Assembly: GCA_024690485.1 (NCBI GenBank)
Contig: JAILPB010000129.1
Span: forward strand, 4,380-68,379
Length of the DNA: 64,000 nt
Direction: 5' to 3'
DNA from: Butyrivibrio sp.
Lineage (GTDB): Bacteria; Bacillota; Clostridia; Lachnospirales; Lachnospiraceae
The notes below the pieces were generated by a model, which was not told the origin of the DNA, ran no database searches, and saw only the letters and a list, made by a program, of their open reading frames with translations. Of this stretch, positions 57,478-64,000 are shown in pieces. The translations under genes were made by a program, and so were the position numbers. Positions within the stretch are counted from its first letter, which is position 1; each line of letters begins with the position of its first letter.

Positions 57478-58998
57478 TTAAAAATTAAAATACAAAAACG
57501 TTGAGATAGAACTCATGGACACGATACATATGATCAAAAGCGCCCAGGTTGTTATAAGAGATACGCGGTTTAGCTTAATCTCCCTCTCAGTATTATTCTT
57601 AACGCACAGGCATAAAATAATAGCAAAAATCATGGCAAAAATACAGCCCGTACCAAGAACGTATGCATCACTGTTTGGAAGTCCCAAAACTCCGTATAAA
57701 TAGCTTAGCTTCGGAATCCTAAAGCTCGATATCAGATCGTTTCTCACATCCAGATTCAAGACGCCAAGTCTTTTTATTATCTGAATCCACTGGGTTGTAC
57801 TGTCAGCTCTGAATAACAACCATGTAAAGTTCAGGAAGATAAAGGTGATAATCCAGGAAAATACTCTGATAACACCTTTTCCGATTTTTCCACAGGCTCC
57901 GTTTACATTTTCATATACTCCGTGGAACAGCTTGTTAAAGCACTGTCCAAGGCCGTGGAGAACTCCCCACAAAATAAATGTCCAGTTTGCTCCGTGCCAG
58001 ATACCGCTTATCAAAAATACTATCATTGTATTTATGTAGGTTCTGACTTTCCCTTTCCTGTTTCCTCCAAGGGGAATATAGATATAGGTGGTCAAAAATC
58101 TGGTGAGTGTCATGTGCCATCTCTTCCAGAAATCTGCCACAGATATTGCTTTGTATGGCGAGTTGAAGTTCCTCGTTATCTCAAAATTAAACATCTTTCC
58201 AAGGCCGATAGCCATGTCAGAATAGCCGCTAAAATCAAAGTAGATCTGGAAAGTGTAAGAAAGCATCACGATAAGGATCTCAGGTCTTGTAAGAGCACCT
58301 TCTCCTACTGCGATGGTTCCTGCCACAGTAAATCCATAGTCTACGGCTCCTCCAAACATGTCGGCGATAAGCATTTTCTTTGCAAGTCCCCTTGTAAAGA
58401 TGATGATGCCGCGGCTTAAATTTTCATAGTTTAATCTATGCTTTTTCTCATCTCTAAACTGAGGAATAAGTTCTGAGTGGAGTACAATGGGGCCTGCCAC
58501 AAGCTGCGGGAAATATGCCACAAACAAAGCATACTCAAGGAATGAGTAATCCTTTGTTTTGCCCTTGTATGCGTCCACAATAAAAGATATCTGCTGGAAA
58601 GTAAAAAAGCTTATTCCCAGCGGAAGTACAATATTTTTAAGATTAAAATCGGATTTAAAAAGACTGTTTATATTCTCAATAAAGAAGTCATAGTACTTAA
58701 AATAAAAGATAAGCCCCACGTTGAAAAGAAGGCCGAGCACAAGCAGAGCCTTTCTTTTTTGGTTATCACCCGGTGCTTTTTCTATGGAAAGCATACACTT
58801 TGAAAGTGTGAAATTAACTAAAATACTACTGCATATCACCAGAAGGTATGAGGGATTAAAGTATCCGTAAAACCAAAGTGACATTAAAAGAAGGTAACCT
58901 AAAGCAAGCTTATCCTTGGCGAAATGCCTAAAGGAAAAGTAACCAATAAGAGAAAGGGGCAAAAAACACAATATAAAAATATATGAATTAAATTGCAT
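57478..58998 (-). CDS. MBOAT family O-acyltransferase (AlgI/PatA/DltB-like)
   Basis: LPLGISFFTFQQI, FPQLVAGPI, QIYFDFSGYSDMA.G, FWKRWHMTL, SGIWHGA, C-terminal FLYFNF. Start set at ATG 58998 after AGGAG. Confidence 0.93.
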   Translation of the reverse strand: MQFNSYIFILCFLPLSLIGYFSFRHFAKDKLALGYLLLMSLWFYGYFNPSYLLVICSSILVNFTLSKCMLSIEKAPGDNQKRKALLVLGLLFNVGLIFYFKYYDFFIENINSLFKSDFNLKNIVLPLGISFFTFQQISFIVDAYKGKTKDYSFLEYALFVAYFPQLVAGPIVLHSELIPQFRDEKKHRLNYENLSRGIIIFTRGLAKKMLIADMFGGAVDYGFTVAGTIAVGEGALTRPEILIVMLSYTFQIYFDFSGYSDMAIGLGKMFNFEITRNFNSPYKAISVADFWKRWHMTLTRFLTTYIYIPLGGNRKGKVRTYINTMIVFLISGIWHGANWTFILWGVLHGLGQCFNKLFHGVYENVNGACGKIGKGVIRVFSWIITFIFLNFTWLLFRADSTTQWIQIIKRLGVLNLDVRNDLISSFRIPKLSYLYGVLGLPNSDAYVLGTGCIFAMIFAIILCLCVKNNTEREIKLNRVSLITTWALLIICIVSMSSISTFLYFNF

Positions 58999-59032
58999 TT
59001 TGCTTCTCCTATCTTTCTTTTTCTTGGGAATT

Positions 59033-60271
59033 TTATACCCTCTTAAGTATCTCATGCAGTTCATCTGCATAGCTGTCAGGATTATAGGTAAGTGCGCGCT
59101 CATAAGCTTTTTTGCCATAAGCAGCCATCTTTTCTTTATCAATAAGCATTCTCATTATTCCCTCTGCAAGAAGAACTTCTCTGTCCTCTATAACAGACGC
59201 ATCAAAGTTCATCTCCTGACTCATGTCGGGAACAATGATTCCAAACTCGCCCTCAATAATCTCTTCTGTAGAGCTTCCATCAGGCTTTTTATCTATTAAG
59301 CTCTGATACTCCTTATCATTTAAGAGTATCTCTCTTGGTCCTGTCTTACAATCTGCTGCAACGCAGGGTTTTCCAAGGGCCATTGCCTCTAGTATCGCAT
59401 TGGGGAAACCCTCATGGTTAGAGCTAAGAACGTACATATCCGCGTTATTAACAAATGAAAACGGGTTCTTCTGAAGTCCAGGGAAATATACATTCTCTGC
59501 GATTCCAAGGTCTTCTGCAAGTTTTCTGAACTTACTAAAGTCCCCGGTACCAACTATCATAAGTCTCGCCTTGGGATATTCTTTAAGAACAAGTGAAAAT
59601 GCCTTGATCAGATGCCAAAATCCCTTTATGTAATCCTGTCTTCCAACAGATATAAGCACAGGGTACGACCTATCTTCATCTAAAACAGCGATTCTTCCGT
59701 TTCCAAAAAGGTCAGTAGCTTCCCTGTAATTTTTGTCATCTTCTGCCTGTTTTCTTATTGTCTCTGTATCAAGAGGATTGTAGATATAACTGCTTCTTTC
59801 GTAGTTATACTCAGCTTTGAGCTGTCTCATGATTTCCTTGGAGCAGGATAAAACCTGATCTGCTCTGTTGCAGAAAAGGCCAACTTCCTTTTTATTCTCC
59901 ATATCAGTAGAGCATCTGATACCCGTAAGAACCTTGGCTCTATTGCCAAACTTTGACAGTGTGTTTACATAGTTAGCACTGGAGCCAAAGCTATAACATA
60001 TGTCTATTCCAAGTTTTCTCTTCTGAGAAGACACTTTAAAGGCTCGTCTTAAGACATTAAATACCTTTCCCAGCTTTCCAAATTTAGAGGTACTTGGAAC
60101 ATTGATATTTACAACGTTAAGTCCCGTGACGTCATAGTTTATATCCTTATCGGAAAAGATAAGGATCGTCACGTTATAATATTTACTTAATAATCTACCG
60201 GTTGCCACGCAGACTCTCTCGAATCCTCCCTGGTGAAGCATCGGCACCATAAGCATAAGGTTATTCATCAA
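59033..60271 (-). CDS. Glycosyltransferase family 4 (PglJ-like)
   Basis: GGFERV, IYNP, VGR....KG, NPF, SSNHEGFPN..LEAMA, DC.TGPREIL. Confidence 0.88.
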   Translation of the reverse strand: MMNNLMLMVPMLHQGGFERVCVATGRLLSKYYNVTILIFSDKDINYDVTGLNVVNINVPSTSKFGKLGKVFNVLRRAFKVSSQKRKLGIDICYSFGSSANYVNTLSKFGNRAKVLTGIRCSTDMENKKEVGLFCNRADQVLSCSKEIMRQLKAEYNYERSSYIYNPLDTETIRKQAEDDKNYREATDLFGNGRIAVLDEDRSYPVLISVGRQDYIKGFWHLIKAFSLVLKEYPKARLMIVGTGDFSKFRKLAEDLGIAENVYFPGLQKNPFSFVNNADMYVLSSNHEGFPNAILEAMALGKPCVAADCKTGPREILLNDKEYQSLIDKKPDGSSTEEIIEGEFGIIVPDMSQEMNFDASVIEDREVLLAEGIMRMLIDKEKMAAYGKKAYERALTYNPDSYADELHEILKRV

Positions 60272-61529
60272 ATCTACCTTTTATATAAAATGACTCCATA
60301 AGAGCTGCCTGAGTCTTTACATCAAAGCCTGCAAGCTTTATCTGCTCTATAAGAGGATCTGAGGAAGAGGTTCTGTCTCCAATAGGAATAATACTGTCTT
60401 GATCCACATCCCTAAGAAGCAGGTCATTTAATATTTTTCTTGCCCATACCGCAGGCTCTTCCTCAATACTAAGTCTGCTTACAAGAGGTGTTATATCAAC
60501 TTCCGGGGTTATGGAGTCAGAAACAAGACACTGAAGTCCCGCAGCCTGAGCCTCAACTACCGTTCCCGGAAGTCCTTCATATCTTGACGGGAAAAGGAAA
60601 TAGTCCATAGCCTGATAATACTCATTGGCATTACTCTTATTTCCTGCAAAAATGCAATAATCCAAAACATGAAGATCATTTGCAAGTTTCTTCATGGACT
60701 CCATTAGTGAGCCCTCTCCAAGCATAAGAAGCCTTACTCTCATGCCGTGAAGCATACTGAAGGAATTGGCTTCATCGTGATTTAAAATATTTACAAAAGA
60801 AGCAAAGGTTCTGATCAGGAACTCATGGTTTTTAGCATAGTGAAATCTTCCCACATGTCCGATAACTATGGCATTTGAAAGACCAAGTTCCTTTCTTACT
60901 TTATCCCTTACTTCCTGATTATATACGAATCTTCTGAGGTCGATGGCGTTGGGAACAACTCTCACAAGCCCTGCATCCGTAAGCATATCTCCAAAGACTG
61001 CTCTTGCAGCATTCTCTGTGCAGGCAAATCTGTAATCGCAGGTCTCAGCGCTGCTTAAGGGTTTTCTGATCATCTTGGTAACTACGCCCTTGATTCCGGG
61101 ATCAACTCCGGCGCTTCTTGCGTGAGCAATAGTAGTGTTTATTCCGCAGCTTTTAGCTATGGGCAGGTAAATTGATGCAGTACTGGTCATATGCCCCTGG
61201 ATCATCTTCCATTCGCCTCTGTGCTGCATAAAGAACATCCTGAGAGCGTTCTTGTAATCTCTGGCATTTGTTCCATGGAATCTTGGCACAGCATAGATAT
61301 TACCGCCAAGCTTTTTAACTGTACTGTCAAAATAATCAGGCTCTCTTACAAGCATGAGCTCATCTGAAGATGGGCACTTCTTGCCTGTAGCTTCAGCCTC
61401 TGAATGTACCAAAAAATCAAACTGTACACGACTTCTATCCATGTGTCTGTACAGATCCATAATTCTGCTTTCTGCTCCGCCCAGTCCAAGTTTTCCAAAT
61501 ACATGTAATATTCTGATCGGCTCTTGCAT
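60261..61529 (-). CDS. Glycosyltransferase family 4 (EpsF/CapH-like)
   Basis: GGAES.IM..YR, QFDF, GHVGRF...KNH.FL, PSRYEGLP...VEAQAAGL. Confidence 0.88.
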   Translation of the reverse strand: MQEPIRILHVFGKLGLGGAESRIMDLYRHMDRSRVQFDFLVHSEAEATGKKCPSSDELMLVREPDYFDSTVKKLGGNIYAVPRFHGTNARDYKNALRMFFMQHRGEWKMIQGHMTSTASIYLPIAKSCGINTTIAHARSAGVDPGIKGVVTKMIRKPLSSAETCDYRFACTENAARAVFGDMLTDAGLVRVVPNAIDLRRFVYNQEVRDKVRKELGLSNAIVIGHVGRFHYAKNHEFLIRTFASFVNILNHDEANSFSMLHGMRVRLLMLGEGSLMESMKKLANDLHVLDYCIFAGNKSNANEYYQAMDYFLFPSRYEGLPGTVVEAQAAGLQCLVSDSITPEVDITPLVSRLSIEEEPAVWARKILNDLLLRDVDQDSIIPIGDRTSSSDPLIEQIKLAGFDVKTQAALMESFYIKGRFDE

Positions 61530-61544
61530 CAGTTGTTACCTCGC

Positions 61545-62351
61545 TTAAAGCTTTTTATGTACCAGAATGTATTTTAATCTGGCCATAAGATACTCCTTAA
61601 TCGCCTGAAATTCCCCTGCTTCCACAGGCTCTTCCTTTAACCATTCATCCCAGCTTACCACATCATTTTCGCTGATAAGCTTTTCATAATACGCAAATTC
61701 TTCGTTTTTTAATGTGTCCGTATGAACAACAAAAGTAGTATAGCCGTCTCTTTTATCCTTAACCGCTCCTCCGCGTCTAAAGGAAATGGGGTAAAAAGTC
61801 AGATCATGTCTTCTATAAGCAGCTATTCCAAAACCGTCTGTGACACGTCTGAATCCGTTATCCAAGAGAGCTGTCAAAGTATTCCTGTCATATGTATGAC
61901 TTGGAGCCATGAAAAAATCTGTTGCAATTCCATGATCTGCAAGGATCTTCTTGCCCTCTCTTAACATATCTATCTGGGTTTCAAGAGAAAGACCAGCAAA
62001 CTCTGACTGCTTGTTAAGAGGTAGAAGTCCGCCTTTTTTCGTAGTGTACTCGTGGTGAAGACCATGCATAGCAATGATCCATCCCTCAGACTGGAGATTT
62101 CTTACCATTTTCCAAAAGGCAGCGTCCTTCTCAGTACTCTCATCAGTATCAAGTCTCTCCGTCTTATGTTCCTTATTATGGACATCATAAACCATTTCCA
62201 CATCATCGGACATAAGCTTGGGGTCTCTGTTTTCAGGAACAACACCGATAAGCGGTCTTATATGATGCTCATCAAGTATTCTCTTGAACCTCCTGAAATT
62301 CCCCATATTCATTCCGGGTGAAATGTCATCCATCCTAATGACTATCTTCAT
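61545..62351 (-). CDS. DUF2334 polysaccharide deacetylase-like protein
   Basis: IRMDDI, GVVP, HGLHH, SEFAGL, FMAPSH; no signal peptide. Start set at ATG 62351 after GGGGG. Confidence 0.78.
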   Translation of the reverse strand: MKIVIRMDDISPGMNMGNFRRFKRILDEHHIRPLIGVVPENRDPKLMSDDVEMVYDVHNKEHKTERLDTDESTEKDAAFWKMVRNLQSEGWIIAMHGLHHEYTTKKGGLLPLNKQSEFAGLSLETQIDMLREGKKILADHGIATDFFMAPSHTYDRNTLTALLDNGFRRVTDGFGIAAYRRHDLTFYPISFRRGGAVKDKRDGYTTFVVHTDTLKNEEFAYYEKLISENDVVSWDEWLKEEPVEAGEFQAIKEYLMARLKYILVHKKL

Positions 62352-62381
62352 ACAACCCCCAAAATGCACAAGGCATTCTCG

Positions 62382-62418
62382 AAAAAATTGCCGCGAGTTT
62401 CATCCCGCTCGCGGCAAT
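62382..62418 (-). terminator. Rho-independent terminator-like hairpin downstream of the nucleotide-sugar dehydrogenase
   Basis: Perfect 11-bp inverted repeat ATTGCCGCGAG (62387-62397) / CTCGCGGCAAT (62408-62418), 10-nt loop, ending in a T6 run on the minus strand. Confidence 0.8.
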
Positions 62419-62443
62419 ACATATTTGTTTTCAATAATTCAAA

Positions 62444-63760
62444 CTACAGACGCCAGTATGAGAACTCGTTCTTATCGAACTTATCCTTATCAAAGATTCC
62501 CTTAACATCAAGGAATACTCTGGTCTTTCTCTCATGTGAATACCACTTCTTGATATCATCAGTAGTGATTCCAAGGAAGTCCTCATGAGCAACTGCTACG
62601 ATAACGGCATCCATATCCTTAAGTTCGCTCATGCTGTCAAAGGTAATGCCATAAAGTCTCTTAGCTTCATCGCTGTCTGCCTGAGGATCTACAACGATAG
62701 GATCGATTCCGTATTCCTTAAGCTCGTTATAAATATCGATTACCTTGGTATTACGTGTATCAGGGCAGTTCTCCTTGAAGGTGAATCCAAGGATACCAAC
62801 TCTTGCCTGCTTAACGTTTACATCCTGTGCGATCATGTTCTTTACACATGACTCTGCAATATATTTTCCCATGTCATCATTGATACGACGGCCTGAAAGA
62901 ATGATCTGGCTGTGATATCCAAGTGACTCTGCTTTATATGTAAGATAGTAAGGGTCAACACCGATGCAGTGTCCGCCTACAAGTCCGGGCATGAACTTAA
63001 GGAAGTTCCACTTTGTTCCTGCTGCTTCAAGTACGCTCTTTGTATCGATATCCATCTTGTGGAAGATCATTGAAAGCTCGTTCATGAAAGCGATGTTGAT
63101 ATCTCTCTGGCTGTTCTCGATAACCTTTGCAGCCTCAGCAACCTTGATGCTCTCAGCTCTGTGTACGCCTGCAAGTGCAACAAGTTCATAAACCTTAGCA
63201 ACTTCATCAAGTGTCTCAGCATCCATACCGGAAACGATCTTAACGATTGTCTCAAGACGGTGAACCTTATCGCCGGGGTTGATACGCTCAGGTGAATAAC
63301 CAACCTTGAAATCAACGCCGCACTTAAGTCCTGACTCCTTCTCAAGAATCGGAACACAGATATCCTCTGTTACTCCGGGATATACAGTTGACTCATATAC
63401 TACGATTGAACCCTTTGTAAGGTATTTTCCAAGTGTTCTGCTTGCTCCCTCAACAGGTGTAAGATCAGGTGTGTGATCGTCATTTACAGGTGTGGGAACC
63501 GCAACGATGTGGAATTTACATTCCTTAAGCTTTTCAGGATCAGCTGTGAAATCAACAGTTGTCTCCTTGATAGCGTCGTTTCCAACTTCTCTTGTAGGAT
63601 CGATTCCTTTATTATAAAGTGCTACCTTCTCAGCATTGAAGTCATAGCCAACAACCTTGATCTTCTTGGCAAATGCTACTGCGATAGGCATTCCGACATA
63701 TCCAAGTCCTACCAGTGATAACTTCTCTTCTCCGGCAAGGAGCTTTTCATATAAACCCAT
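62444..63760 (-). CDS. UDP-N-acetylhexosamine 6-dehydrogenase (TviB/WbpO-like)
   Basis: GLGYVGMP, AVPTP, YESTVYPG.TE, YSPERINPGD, AEAAKVIENSQRDINIA, AAGTKWNF, GGHCIGVDPYY, TFKENCPD.RN. Confidence 0.92.
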   Translation of the reverse strand: MGLYEKLLAGEEKLSLVGLGYVGMPIAVAFAKKIKVVGYDFNAEKVALYNKGIDPTREVGNDAIKETTVDFTADPEKLKECKFHIVAVPTPVNDDHTPDLTPVEGASRTLGKYLTKGSIVVYESTVYPGVTEDICVPILEKESGLKCGVDFKVGYSPERINPGDKVHRLETIVKIVSGMDAETLDEVAKVYELVALAGVHRAESIKVAEAAKVIENSQRDINIAFMNELSMIFHKMDIDTKSVLEAAGTKWNFLKFMPGLVGGHCIGVDPYYLTYKAESLGYHSQIILSGRRINDDMGKYIAESCVKNMIAQDVNVKQARVGILGFTFKENCPDTRNTKVIDIYNELKEYGIDPIVVDPQADSDEAKRLYGITFDSMSELKDMDAVIVAVAHEDFLGITTDDIKKWYSHERKTRVFLDVKGIFDKDKFDKNEFSYWRL

Positions 63761-63800
63761 GATATTTTCTCCTATTATTCTTAGACAATTTTAAAGTATA

Positions 63801-64000
63801 TTAATGAAAGAGTCCTATAATTTCATTAACATACGCATCTATTATACTATGTCTGTCAAACTCTTTCTCGACCTTTTTTCTTGCGGCTTCTCCCATCTGT
63901 CTTCTCTCGGAAACAGATAAAGATACCATCTTATCCATGGCCTTAAACAAAGAGCTTGTACTTTGCTTTTCAAACAAAAATCCTGTAACTTTGTCGTCTA
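63801..64000 (-). CDS. Partial (C-terminal end) glycosyltransferase family 4, PglA/Cap1E-like
   Basis: Hand translation DDKVTGFLFEKQSTSSLFKAMDKMVSLSVSERRQMGEAARKKVEKEFDRHSIIDAY...FH*, a typical GT4 C-terminus; stop at 63801-63803. Confidence 0.75.
   Translation of the reverse strand, partial: DDKVTGFLFEKQSTSSLFKAMDKMVSLSVSERRQMGEAARKKVEKEFDRHSIIDAYVNEIIGLFH

Noticed and set aside
24821-59142. Long N-terminal extensions in the ORF track for pseI, the large PGT, the GT4 at 50533 and both MBOATs
   Set aside because: They overlap upstream genes; later starts have better RBSs or stop/start coupling and match family N-termini.
63841-63859. TTGACA and TATAAT hexamers on the minus strand upstream of the dehydrogenase
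   Set aside because: The spacer is only 7 bp and the site lies inside the GT4 coding sequence, so it is not a canonical sigma-A promoter. A similar TTGCAT-7-TATAAT occurs before pseB, but two cases are too few to call a motif.
1-64000. Mobile elements, CRISPR arrays, RNA genes or defence systems
   Set aside because: Almost all bases are in glycan-related CDS, gaps are at most about 100 bp, and no transposase, integrase, repeat-spacer or tRNA pattern was seen.

Overview
This window is the interior of one very large surface-glycan biosynthesis locus. It holds about 52 CDS, all on the minus strand and densely packed or overlapping, and the locus runs off both ends. Protein style and gene content suggest a monoderm anaerobe (Lachnospiraceae/Butyrivibrio-like; inference). 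No rRNA, tRNA, IS element, CRISPR array or phage gene was seen. Recognisable modules: (i) a set resembling Campylobacter/Helicobacter pgl lipid-linked oligosaccharide genes (PglF-, PglE- and PglC-like enzymes, PglA/J/H-like GT4s, two PglK-type ABC flippases, a WbpO/TviB-type dehydrogenase and two AsnB/WbpS-type amidotransferases), with no PglB/STT3 but an unusual 885-aa WaaL/O-OTase-like protein; (ii) a pseudaminic acid cluster (pseB,C,F,I,G) with no pseH inside it, followed by an ATP-grasp ligase, a divergent PLP enzyme and a nonulosonate-transferase-like gene; (iii) two polyprenyl-phosphate-sugar (Gtr/Gac-type) cassettes and five candidate GT-C membrane transferases; (iv) three GT11, one GT17, DUF5672, DUF4422 and a pyruvyltransferase; (v) an MBOAT-SGNH-MBOAT O-acylation block and a DUF2334 deacetylase; (vi) glmS. 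All family calls are from motifs recognised by eye; no database search was run.
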